Part shown: in pieces, positions 13,149 to 24,003 of the stretch
Numbering within the stretch: the first letter of the stretch is position 1
Layout: each line of letters starts with the position of its first letter
NCBI GenBank assembly: GCA_054600435.1
Contig: BAAIJX010000083.1
Span: 1 to 64,000, forward strand
Length of the DNA: 64,000 nt
Reading direction: 5' to 3'
From: Neophaeotheca triangularis
Lineage: Eukaryota
The notes under the pieces: generated by a model
The model's input: the letters and a program-made list of their open reading frames with translations, nothing else
What the model was told of the DNA's origin: nothing
Database searches by the model: none
Program-made: the position numbers and the translations under genes

Positions 13149-13499
13149 CAAGTGCGAGTAAGGTACCTGATCCGCGATTTCTCATCTCCAACGCCGCCGA
13201 AGGATAGCTACGGTACCGAAGGCCTTGAATGATTGTGTCGATCGCAGGTGGAGTGTCTGGCGTACTGTTTAGGATGTGGTGGATGTGTCGCCGAAGCTGG
13301 GCTCCTGACTGGCGGCCGAGAACCGATACAATTGGAGGTAGCACGTGCGAGGTGAGAGGCTCATTACAAAGCTCTTTCATCACGATGCTTCCTTCTTAAC
13401 CAACTCGTACCTTTATGATCTATCTTTCGTTTAATGCGTTACTTAGCTGACTACCAAAATCCACAAAACTCGTTCAAACTTGCGAGCTTTGCCATCTCG

Positions 13500-14330
13500 T
13501 CCCCTACGATCGCATCCGTTTCGCCACCTTAATCAGCCAGTAAAATGCCAATATTGCGCCATCTGTGGCTGTTGTCGGATCCGAAAGCAATGCGGAGATG
13601 GTCTTCTCCCTCGACAACCGTTAGACAGGTCTCTATTCCCCCGGTAGAGCAGGTGATGGCACCGCCAGGGACTCTTCCATGGCCTGGGCCAGGTGGAACC
13701 ACCTCGTCGCACTCGAATTTTCTGGCCAGACGGGATTGATTCATGCCCATCAAGACGACGCTGGTTCGGACGAGAGCTTGGTCTAACGGACTTGATCAGG
13801 TAGCGAAAACCCGGAAGAACGTGGAAATGCTAAGAGTGACAAGGAAAGAACTCAATTGAGAGAAAGGGAACCGGGCGGCGTCCTGTCGTAGATGTACCTT
13901 TAAGTAGTAGAAGAAGACGACGGAGACGCAGTTTATCAGCTTGAACGGCATGTCTACGATGATGCTTGTAATTGATTCCGCGCTGGGGTGGTAGAGCAAA
14001 TATCGCTTTTATGCTTTTCGACAATCGCTCGCTCTACGTAGAGGCTGATGATCTACAGCGTGCTACCGAATGCGTTGAGAAGGATGAGGATGAAGATGGC
14101 GGCTCGAACGGAACGGTCGGGCGCGAGTCCTCGGAATCCGTCCGTCCAGCGTCTTTTCTGATACAGTACCAGGTTTGAGCGATGTTTCTTCGCACTTTCT
14201 GCTTACGACTTATCAAAATTTGCAAAGAAATGGACGTGACTTGACAACAGTCTTGTCGGTGATATTCTGTCGAAGCTGGGAGAAAGGTCCATGGAAGATG
14301 AAGAGAAGTCTGACAATAATGAATGATAGC
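13500..14330 (-). pseudogene. Fragmented PDR-type (ABC-G) transporter pseudogene
   Basis: Pieces in different frames: IFILILLNAFGS..SLYVERAIVEKHK, LYHPSAESITSIIVDMPFK..HLRQDA..F..FLVTLSISTFFR and FECDEVVPPGPG..CSTGG..VEGEDHLRIAFG..HRWRNIGILL. These match TMD1 and the PDR_CDR loop. Frameshifts, stops and a length far below the ~4.5 kb of an intact gene. Confidence 0.85.
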
Positions 14331-14586
14331 ACCTATGAACGTATCTAGGTAAATTCTACCTGCACTGATTGAGTGCCGTCGACCCGATGAGGTCCCACAG
14401 GATCCCCATATATCTCTAACGGCTGCCCAAGTCGCCGAAAGATGGTCGAATTCCATAGTCAAGCATACATGTAAAGTCTGAGGGCATCAAGTACCACCGA
14501 CCATTCCAAGTCCGGGGCGTTTCTCGCAATCTCGAGTTTACTCCTGCAAAACCCCAAATCACAATCACAGCCAATCGTATTCCACG

Positions 14587-15953
14587 ATGCCGCCCCGTTC
14601 GATCCTCATAGTAGGCAATGGCATCGCAGGTCCAGTGCTCGCCAGCTTCCTCCTCCTAGCCCCGGTCCCCGCACAAGAGCTCCCACACATAACCATCCTA
14701 GAACGCTCCGCAGCGCCCCGTCCAAACGGGCAAAACATCGACGTGCGAGGCGCAGGAGTGGCAATTTGCCGCAAACTCGGGATTTTGACTGCGATCAAAG
14801 CTCACACTACTGGGGAAGAGGGCGTGAAATTCGTGGATGCGAATAACGTCGTCTGGGCCACTGGCGCGGCGGACAAGACGGGTAGGGTGCAGACGGGAAC
14901 GAGCGATATTGAAATTTTGAGGGGGAGGTTAGCGAAGATTTGCTATGAGCGGAGCTTGGAACTTAGTCAAATGAAGGTTAGAGAGGGAGGGAGAGGGGTG
15001 GAGTACGTGTTTGGGGGGGTTTTGAAGGGTATGGAGCAAGTTGGCGAGAAGGTTGAGGTAGTTTTTGCGAGTGGAGAGAGGAGTAGCTTTGACCTTGTCG
15101 TTGGCGCTGATGGGTTGCAGAGCCGGACGAGAGGGATGGCTTTTGGTCAAGAGGCGGAGGAGGTCAGGCGGTGTCGCTTGGGTTTGTATGGGGGTTTTTT
15201 TAGCATGCCTAGTGGGCCGAATGATGGTTTGTGGCGGCGGTGGTTCCACGCTCCGGGAAGTAAGAGTATCATGGTCCGGCCTGGGGAGACAAAGGGCACG
15301 ACCACTGTTACGATGTTTATTTGCAAAGAGGATGAGAGACTTGCTCGAGCGGCGACGGGTTCTCGCAAAGATATCCAGCGGCAGAAGGCTTTGATCAGGG
15401 AGTCTTTCCAAAACGACGAGTGGGAATGCCCAAGAATTCTTGACGCCATGGACTCTTCCGACGACTTCTACTACGACATGGTCGCTCAAATCAAAATGGA
15501 CACTTGGAGCAAAGGTCGAATTGTGCTACTAGGTGACGCTGGGTAAGATCATTCTCGACACTTCCATCGATCTCACATGGACCGACTGACCCATGCCCTC
15601 TTCACAGCTACTGCGCTTCCCCAATCTCAGGCATGGGCACGACCCTCGCTCTCACAGGCGCCTACAACCTCGCCGGCGCACTTTCCAGGCATCCGAACGA
15701 TCACACCGCCGCTTTCGTCGAGTACGACGACCAAATGCGACCAGTTGTAGACCGCGCACAAAAGCTTCCGCCCGGCATGCCGCAGCTCGTCCATCCAGAA
15801 ACGGCTTTGGGGGTTATGATCCTGCGCTTTCTCATGTGGTGCATCCACGCCAGCGGTATAGTGAACCTGTTGTTCAGGTTGAAAGGACCACCGGCGAATG
15901 ATGTCGTCATCGAGGACTTTGAGTTTCGAGAGGTGCCTGAGATGGAGTTCTGA
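14587..15953 (+). CDS. FAD-dependent monooxygenase (FAD_binding_3 / UbiH-like aromatic hydroxylase family)
   Basis: ILIVGNGIAG Rossmann motif, GQNIDVRG, DLVVGADGLQSRTR, GRIVLLGDAG|YCASPISGMGTTLA; intron at about 15543-15607. Confidence 0.93.
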
Positions 15954-16517
15954 ACGAGAAAGCTCGATCGCAGTAGGCAAGTCCATGAACCCGAGATTGA
16001 AAAATCCTTTGCTGCAAAGTATCCTGATTTCTCGGTCTTGAGTAAGCCGCATGCCTGTCTGATGAGCCCCCTTTTTTTTTTACCAAGGGCTCGAGGCCTG
16101 ACTCATGATACTGCAACCCGACTTACTCTTGCAACTCTCTGTTTATAACAAAGCATCTGTTCGCAATTGAATCCAGGTACTTTTTTAATGGACAGGAAAC
16201 TCAGACGACATTATACTTACGTGGTGCTAACTCCAGTTACGCAAAGACCTGGACGTTTCTCAGAAATTCCTGATTGCATTGTCCGCGCTTCTCTCCCAAG
16301 CTGTCTGTACTGGGTGAGCATGGGGTGGCCTTTGCGTAGGGCAGAAAGGGGCAAATGGGGTATAACGGAGTTGCACCGACGAGAGATGTGATACATCAAG
16401 GACCAGAGTCGGCAGACTGTTTGACGAAAGCCTATTTCCCCCGAGCTGAGTAAAGGTCGCGTCCCTAAGCCCAACTCGAAAGCCTCACTCCGCAAAGGTT
16501 TCCTATCAAGGCCACTT

Positions 16518-16763
16518 CTAATCGTCGAAGATCTCATTGGCTCTCAAGCCGCCCGAACCGTCACCTTTTTCAACGGAAGGCTTTGCATCCCTCACCTTGT
16601 TGTCTTTTATCGGGTTGTAAGCGCCAGGCGGGAGGCCTTTGGTAGCAGCTGGAGAAACGTCGGAAGTCTTTCTGACGGCCGGCAGGAAGTTGGGTTTTCC
16701 TCGTTCCAGTGGGTTGGGTTTGAAAGGGGGAGAGGACAGTTGCTGTTCAGATGACGAGGACAT
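16518..16763 (-). CDS. Possible small disordered Pro/Lys-rich protein (81 aa)
   Basis: ATG-initiated ORF with protein-like composition; no recognisable motif. Confidence 0.3.
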   Translation of the reverse strand: MSSSSEQQLSSPPFKPNPLERGKPNFLPAVRKTSDVSPAATKGLPPGAYNPIKDNKVRDAKPSVEKGDGSGGLRANEIFDD

Positions 16764-17336
16764 CTTACCGGGAAACGTACTGAGTGGTAGTATTGGTACT
16801 GAGGAGAGACCTTGTTACGAAAATTCTTGCCCAAAGGCTAGACTGGACAGTTGTCACGGTAGCTGTAGTACTGAAGCCTGCTTTGGAGCGGCGAGGGGCA
16901 GGCTTTCTATATGCCTAGAGATGTTGGGCAAGGGCTCGGCCTTGTGTCGAGAGAACGCTGCCTATCTCTGCTACCCAGGCGTCACGCCGGCCTCAAAATG
17001 CGTTTCCTTCAGCCTTGCTATGCCTATCATCCAGCGATCGATCACCGGGTGCCGTGCGCTTCACCAGGCAGCACTGCGTTCGGCCTTGCCACACTAGTAT
17101 CGATCGGCTTCTGGTTTGCGATTCTTATGGGAAACCAGCGACCAATGTCCATACTTCGCGGAGGTGCAGCCTAAGCTGAAGGCTCTTCAAGGAAGTGCCA
17201 GCAGGCATTTAGACTTTAGACTTACCATGCAAATTTGGCTGAGGTCAGGATCCTCGATTGGGCCAGGCCATGGCGGTATACCCAAAACATCGATGCGAAC
17301 CCTTTCGTACAATAAGCAGCTACCAAGCAACCAAAC

Positions 17337-19502
17337 CTACAACTTAAACTGCGCAGCGCCTTGCCCCCCGGTCCCAGCCCTAACATCCCTACCCTCCACA
17401 TCCTGCACCTCGCCCTTCTTGCCAATAACCTTGACACCGCCCTTTTTCAAATCACCCAACATCTCCTTGTTCTTCTCCTTACCACTCGGCTTTTTACCCT
17501 CAGCAACAGCAGTCTTGGCACCACCGGCACCCTCGCTACCAGCAGCCTTTCTCCCTCTCTCTTTGGCCCTCCTCCGTCTCCTCTTCTTGTCATCCCGATC
17601 CATCTCCTCCCGGCCCTCGGGTAATCCACTCGTACCCACGACTTCTGCACCTTTGTTCTGGCCCTCGCCAGCCTTGTAAACCTCCTGCGGCGCGAGTTGG
17701 CTGGCTCCCGCAACCTCACCACCCGCCGCCGGTCTCGCATCCTCCATACTAATAACCGGCGCATCCGTCCTAATCTCCATAGCTGGCGCCGGGGCCTTGG
17801 GGCGGAAATGCCAAGAACTGAGGGAGTCGAGTTTAGCGCTTACATCACGCCAGAGCGCCGAGATGGCGGCTTCCTCCTTGCGAGTCTTCTCGTCGCTGGC
17901 GTCGACAAAGTTGGGGTCGGTACGGCGCAAGTGCTCTTCCTCGTATTCCTCCGCTAAGCCCTTTTTGGATTTCGTGTCGTCGAGTTCGTAATCGAGACGG
18001 CCGCGTTTGCCGCCTCCAGTGGCAAGATCGTCTGGGCGGCGACGGATGAGGTCTTGGAAGTCATGGGCGAGGATACGGCGTTTGATGAGTTCTTCGAGGC
18101 TCTCGCTTACTTCGGCGGTGATGACGGGCACGGGTTTGCCGGCCCGTTCAAAGTCTAGGTCTTCTTCGAGGAGCGAGTTCATGGGTCGGTCTGCCGCGCG
18201 TGCTTCGCCTTGCAATGTCCATTCGCGTTTCGCTACGTTGGCGGCTTCAAGCTTGCGAATTTCCTCTTGCAGGGCGGCTTTGCGGCGTTCGTGGGCGGAG
18301 CGACGCGAGCGAGGGTCGGCTGGGTCGAGGTCTTCTAGGTCGGCGTTGTCATCGTCGTCTTCGCCTTCGGATTCGTCCTCGAAGAGGTCGCGATGGACTT
18401 TGTTGATCGTCCGCTGCATGTCTTCTTCCGGCTCTTTGGCGTCTTCGATGTTGCCATCGCCGATTGTCGGCACCTGGGCGGGGAAGTTGTGCGGATTTGG
18501 TCTGCCTTTTTTGTTCTTGCGTTTTTTCTGTGCGGGCGGTGCGAAGAAGTCCTGGTACATTACGTCGTTGGTGTTGCCCATGCCACCCACACCGTTCATT
18601 TCGCCTGCATCGACTTCGTCCTCGTCGTCTTCGCTTTCAGCATCAGGGTCGCCAAATGTAGGACCGTCTTCATCGTCTTCTTCCTCTCCATCGTCTGCCG
18701 CTCCAGCCTCAGCAGCAATGCCCTCTGCTGCGGCTTGCGATAGAGGGTTCGCATCCCAGTCAACGTCTTCCTCATCGCTCGCAGCTCCGTCACCATCACC
18801 TCTGAAGTCCTGTTGCTCGAGGAAGTCGGATTGCTTGTTGAAGTCGTCAATGGAGAAGAATCCGTCGTTGAGGCCGTGCTTGTCAGCTACGAATTCTTCA
18901 GCCGGTTCGCCGTTGCCCATGTCGCTGCCTTCGCCGTCAACGTCCATGTCTTCGTCGGCGAAGTCATCGACAGCGTCGGGGTCATCAAGCGCGTCTTCCA
19001 TATCCTCGTCGTCGCCGTCTGATTCTTCGTCCGCGCCAACGTCGTCACCCTCGACCTCGTAATCAACGCCTTCCTCGCCCATGCTGCTGCCATCTTCAGC
19101 GTCGTACATGTCATAGCCGTCTGAAATGCCCTCGTCCTCCTCCTCGTCCTCCTCAGCACCCTGCGCCATAGCCAAGCGTTCAATCACCGCGCTCTCGGCC
19201 TCTACCCTCGCGGCATCGATAACCCTCCTCGCCTGCTCCCAAATCTGATCAACACCAAATCCCTGAGTATGTACTTGCTTCAAGCGCAAAACATCTCCCA
19301 CATCGACATTCTCGCCGCGCTTGCGCTTCTTTCGCGCTTCTTGCTGCCGTTGTTGTTGCGAGGTAGCGACATCCGTGGCTAGTGGGTCGAGAGCGTGCTT
19401 GAGGAAAGCAAGAGTGTCCGTGTGGAGCGGAAAGGAGGGTTGGAGAAAGTTGTGGGGGGACCCCGTGAGGGATGATAGAAGTGTATTATCAACTGCGGCC
19501 AT
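17337..19502 (-). CDS. MPP10: U3 snoRNP / SSU processome protein Mpp10
   Basis: DQIWEQ, long acidic tract, GLNDGFFSIDDFNKQ, YQDFFAPP, KREWTLQGEARAADRPMNSLLEEDLDF, LDSLSSWHFRPK, ISMEDARP, LAPQEVY. Confidence 0.96.
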   Translation of the reverse strand: MAAVDNTLLSSLTGSPHNFLQPSFPLHTDTLAFLKHALDPLATDVATSQQQRQQEARKKRKRGENVDVGDVLRLKQVHTQGFGVDQIWEQARRVIDAARVEAESAVIERLAMAQGAEEDEEEDEGISDGYDMYDAEDGSSMGEEGVDYEVEGDDVGADEESDGDDEDMEDALDDPDAVDDFADEDMDVDGEGSDMGNGEPAEEFVADKHGLNDGFFSIDDFNKQSDFLEQQDFRGDGDGAASDEEDVDWDANPLSQAAAEGIAAEAGAADDGEEEDDEDGPTFGDPDAESEDDEDEVDAGEMNGVGGMGNTNDVMYQDFFAPPAQKKRKNKKGRPNPHNFPAQVPTIGDGNIEDAKEPEEDMQRTINKVHRDLFEDESEGEDDDDNADLEDLDPADPRSRRSAHERRKAALQEEIRKLEAANVAKREWTLQGEARAADRPMNSLLEEDLDFERAGKPVPVITAEVSESLEELIKRRILAHDFQDLIRRRPDDLATGGGKRGRLDYELDDTKSKKGLAEEYEEEHLRRTDPNFVDASDEKTRKEEAAISALWRDVSAKLDSLSSWHFRPKAPAPAMEIRTDAPVISMEDARPAAGGEVAGASQLAPQEVYKAGEGQNKGAEVVGTSGLPEGREEMDRDDKKRRRRRAKERGRKAAGSEGAGGAKTAVAEGKKPSGKEKNKEMLGDLKKGGVKVIGKKGEVQDVEGRDVRAGTGGQGAAQFKL

Positions 19503-20916
19503 GTCTGCGATTTTTCCTCAAGATTGGAAGACTTTGGCGATGTTGATTTGGAGGGGGGCAGAGCAGAAAGTCTCAAAAGAAATCTTGAAGCTTCAAAGTC
19601 CGAGGTCGGTAGAACTTCGGTTGTGAGGTGCTTTAATCGCACGACATGTGTTGTCCTCGGGGGCGTAATCTCGATGTGATATAATGTCTGTCCGCTCCAT
19701 TTTCAGTTCTCACGGAACAGTTGAAAAGCCAGGAAGAGAAGTAGCAAACTGAGCCTTTCCCAGCGTACCATTGCCGGTCAAGCTACAGTAGGAACTGTTA
19801 CCAGACCTTTTCCAAGGTTCCATCCCCTACTCACCAGCAAAATTTGAACAATCCATCTAAGCTATGCACACTCTACACGGCGGTGTACATGAATATGCAA
19901 AATTGCAGGACATATGTGCGAGCTTGGAGATGACAGGAAGTTACCGGCGTGAGCTCCGCCTCGGTCAGCACAATCGAAGCATCCTGAGTGGTCGGCCTCC
20001 CTCCAAACGACCCTGGACCTGCCAATGACGCGATGCCTTCTTTTCGGATCACGAGCTTCACGAGAGTCGCTGGGATCGATTCCGAGGCCGACTTGATAAG
20101 AAGAACATAGTCTTCAACTCAAGTGCTCCGTAAGAGGACATTAGTTTGGCTGCGAATATTGCCCTTTTGGCACAAAGCACGAATCTCTGTTTTTCTTGCT
20201 CCTCGAAGGACGACATAAATATCAAATACGCTCTCTCTCCACGCTTTCGCGACTATGTGCATCGGAACCAGAATCTCTCATTTACTACAAACGAAGCTGG
20301 AATTGCTCGGCAGCCTGTCCTGGCTCCGGATCGCTTTTGAGGACATTGCGAGCGATGTGCAGAAACCTCGAGCTCTCATGTTTGGAGATGGGCCCTTTCC
20401 CGGTGACTCTGCCTCCTATTAAGAACAAAGCAGTGCTCCATCGCTTCAATGGTATACATCGAGAAATCCCACGTAGTATGGCACTCCAAGCAACGAGCAG
20501 CATGCAGGACCCGCTGGGAGCGAGTGAGAACGGATGTTTTTTTACGGCTTTGCCCTCTCCCGGCACACAACTACAGCTTAATGGCATTGCACACTGTTAA
20601 GGTGTAAACATGTCGATAGGCTACGACTGCTCATCACGCCATCGCTCTTGTCCTCACCTCCCAGATACATTGGCCGAGATAAACAACGCAATTCCTCAAA
20701 GCTGGTCAGCAAGCCCAAGCTATCGAAGATGTCCTCTCAAGAATTCTATACCAAAGTCCTCAGCGCTGTACTCATCTATAAGTTCGCATACAACGGTAAG
20801 TCCTGGGTTCACACTACCATCGCAAACCACATCTCTCAAGTCAATTCATTACAAACCAACACCGAGAAGCTCTCGTCAAACCAAAAATCACCGAACCCAA
20901 CCATCTCCTGGCAAAC

Positions 20917-22017
20917 ATGTCTTCTCGTCAAACCTACGCGGACATTACCAGACGCTCTCAGAGCAGCAGCCCGGACACCGCGACACCAGCAACGTCCCGC
21001 AACCAAAGCATCTCCTCCTCGGCCGGAAGCAATTCCAGCACCTCCTCCCCCACCCAAAACCCCTTGAACGCCATCCAGCCCACCAACAGCACGCCCCTCG
21101 CCTCTCGATCCCCAGCATCCTTCCTCCGCCTCCCCCAAATCACCACTATGACGCAAACCTGCCCCATCTGCCGCAGCAAGGCCCGCTTCACCCCGAAACC
21201 CCGCTTCACCCCCTACGCGATCCCAGCCGAGAAGCGCAAACCCGGGCTGGTGATCCGCATCCCGCACAAAAACTTGATGCCCGCGACCTCGCACATCCAC
21301 ACGCAACCGGGCAAGAACCGCAACGGCTTCGGGCACCCGGCGGTAACGCTGCTAACCTCGCCCTGCGGGCACATGGTCTACTGCCAACCGGTGACGAGTT
21401 TCCGCAACAAGACGCTCGAGGACAAGTACCCGCGCGACTTGTGCAACGCGGCCAAAAGGTGGGAAACGCTCACGGATTACGTGCGGGTGCTGCATGGCCG
21501 GGACTACTGGGAGCCTAGCCTGTTGCCGGTGCTGGAAGTCTCCATGCATGGGCTCGAGAAGCAGAGTTATGTCCATTTGGATTTTGGGTTCTGGGTCGAG
21601 TGGGAGTACGTGGAGTTTTTCTGCAATCATGCGGATTTCAAGGCGGACGAGGGTACCGATCGGGCCGAGGGTGCCGGTGAGGGTGCCGGGCGTGCTGATA
21701 AGGGTGCTGGTGGTGCTGAGGGCGTCGGTGGGGCCGCCAAGGCCGAGGACCGTTGTAAGTGCGGGCGAGAACTGGAGGGCAACGGGGTGGAGGTTTTGAG
21801 GGATCTGGTGGCGGTGAATGTGCGGGAAAGGGCGGCTGGGTTGAGGAATCGGAGCGAGAAGCTGGGGAAGCAGCCGCGAAAAGGTGGACGTTGGCAGCCG
21901 AGCGGGCACTTTGGTCGTTCTCGGCAATGGCAGGGGGGGAGAGCGCAGGGCGTGGGAGGGGGACAGCAGGGGATGGGGCATTGGAGAGAGAATGCAGCGC
22001 CTGTTGTTTACTACTAG
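20917..22017 (+). CDS. Hypothetical protein with dispersed Cys/His motifs (degenerate RING-like)
   Basis: 366-aa ATG ORF with coding-like codon bias; Ser-rich N-terminus, then CPIC, PCGHMVYC, FCNH and CKCG. Confidence 0.65.
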   Translation: MSSRQTYADITRRSQSSSPDTATPATSRNQSISSSAGSNSSTSSPTQNPLNAIQPTNSTPLASRSPASFLRLPQITTMTQTCPICRSKARFTPKPRFTPYAIPAEKRKPGLVIRIPHKNLMPATSHIHTQPGKNRNGFGHPAVTLLTSPCGHMVYCQPVTSFRNKTLEDKYPRDLCNAAKRWETLTDYVRVLHGRDYWEPSLLPVLEVSMHGLEKQSYVHLDFGFWVEWEYVEFFCNHADFKADEGTDRAEGAGEGAGRADKGAGGAEGVGGAAKAEDRCKCGRELEGNGVEVLRDLVAVNVRERAAGLRNRSEKLGKQPRKGGRWQPSGHFGRSRQWQGGRAQGVGGGQQGMGHWRENAAPVVYY

Positions 22018-22727
22018 GCGCTTGGAAGGAGGTTGTAGGAGTGGTTTGTTTGCATTTTAAACGCTCCCGGCGAGGAGATAGCGTCGGCGTTTTGGCGAGG
22101 AGTTATGTCTGCTAGGTTAAACTTGTTTTATTGCAACTTCGTCGTTCACATTGCTACAGGCATTTCGTACTCTATTATCGCCCCAGAACTATAATTTCAA
22201 GCTATTCTGTCCAAAACCACATTGTCTTCCCAGCTGCTCGATGACTTTCGCAATGGGGCCAGGCAATATCCAAAGCTACTATCAAACATCCTTCGATCGC
22301 ACCTCCACTTCCAAAACCGCCCGCAACAAAATTATCTTATTTCTCACCGAGGAGTACAACTGCCAGAACCTTCCACCGAGCTAAACGCCTTCCCATTAAA
22401 GTACCCATTGTGCGAAAACGACAACTTACAGCGAAGACCCTTGAAAAGCAGCACGACGACTGACGCAAGATTCGAGGACAGCATAGCTTGGGCCTTCGGG
22501 GAGTGGTGTTGTGGTGTTAGAGATAAGGAGGTACATTGGCGGCGGACCCGATACATGGACTATACTAATTACTAGGGACTGCCCAGCCACCTCTTTCGTA
22601 GACTCTTCTAAGCCCGATGTTTGTGTCGTGCGTGACATGGAGTCTCCTACTGTACTGCGCCGGAAAGAGTTGGAGAAGGCGCCTTGAGATCTTTCTGAGC
22701 CGTTTCTAGTGTTACTTGCGTGTATGC

Positions 22728-22748
22728 GTGTGTGTGTGTGTGTGTGTG
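22728..22748. repeat. (TG)n microsatellite
   Basis: About 10 GT units. Confidence 0.9.
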
Positions 22749-23055
22749 CATCTTTGATGTCGGATCATCTGGACAGCTCGCTAGATGGCATCGTCAAGTC
22801 AGCCTGTTCTACACGACACGGACGATACGATACAACTGAGATGCGCTCGCGGGGGAACGGTTTCGGACATTTTTGAAGAAGTTGACGTGTTGGCGGCGAT
22901 TGTCCGTTGTTGCCAGCCACCCGCCATCCTTTCATCGTCTTGTAGGTATCGTCGCATTTTGGCACACTGCAGGCAGGTGCTGTTGGAACTCTTCATATAT
23001 CATCACCTTCACCGCTGTTGTCCGTAGACTAAAGCAGACAAGCAGTAGCGACGGG

Positions 23056-23106
23056 CTCATGTACTACTCATATACTGCTCATACACTACTCATATACTAC
23101 TCATGT
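23056..23106. repeat. 11-bp tandem repeat CTCATRYACTR, about 4.6 copies
   Basis: ctcatgtacta ctcatatactg ctcatacacta ctcatatacta ctcatgt. Confidence 0.85.
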
Positions 23107-23912
23107 CGCTTCGCGGAGAAGATCGCTAGCAGCCGCGGCGACGACAGAGCAAAGTCAAGAAAGAGCAAGATTGTGGAGCAAAGACGTCGGGCGAACAAGT
23201 CCAGGTAGAGATTACGGTTAAGATTGAGAAGCGGTGCTGCACCCCAAAGTGTTCGCACGGAAAAAGCACTTTGAAGTTGGGAAGCGTTCACAAGGGCGAT
23301 ATGAGGTGGCCGAGCAAAAGTTACAGTGAGTTAAGGTGGGTGGGTAAGTGGTGGGTACGGTATCGTTGCTGGGCCAACGACCTCGGGAAGAGCCCGTGCC
23401 TGTTGACGCCAGCTCTGACGAACAGTACAGTACCCATACTACTAGTAGTATTACTACTAGTACTACAGTACTATGCTCAGGCCCCGGACATGGCAGGGTT
23501 CATGCCTAATGCATAATCCACGTTGGCTGGCGTGACTGGCTGTTGGAAAAGAGGCGGGGGTCGCAGCTGCCGGGTTCGATAGTGTTTGGTGTGAGTTCGC
23601 CCGCGGTGGCTGGAAGTGGAAGTGTTCGTGAGCTGCGTCGGACTTTCAACGTCTGCCTTGCTGGGCTTGTTGACGGGCCATACCTACAGTACCTACCGTT
23701 ACTACCCTTACTACTGTATTGTACTATACCTTACTCTACTGTATCCATCTGTCATTCTTTTGTATACCTTACTACCTACACACTCCTCCTTTCACCTCGT
23801 TCGCTCTTGCTCTCCACTGCTTACTTGTTGCGTGTTTGGAAAGGACTGCACTGCACGACAGAGAGGGAGGCACGAGGCGGAAGATGCTGCTCACACCGTG
23901 AACCCATCCTAT

Positions 23913-23955
23913 ACCTCACCTCACCTTACCTTGCCTTACCTTACCTTACCTTACC
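23913..23955. repeat. (CCTTA/CCTCA)n pentamer repeat in the 5' leader of the kelch membrane gene
   Basis: acctcacctcaccttaccttgccttaccttaccttaccttacc. Confidence 0.8.
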
Positions 23956-24003
23956 CACCTCCACACATCTTCGAACCTTCCCTACAGGTGGAACCTCTAC
24001 ACC

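Noticed and set aside
3629..15953. Secondary-metabolite gene cluster
   Set aside because: No PKS, NRPS, terpene synthase or other backbone enzyme, and no intact transcription factor.
18007..19062. 351-aa + strand ORF (likewise 29957-31009, 61587-62789 and similar)
   Set aside because: Antisense shadows of GC-rich real genes (MPP10, MAP2, last gene).
22222..22575. 117-aa ORF downstream of the Cys/His protein
   Set aside because: Non-ATG start and no recognisable motif; it could be a remnant, but I cannot support that by eye.
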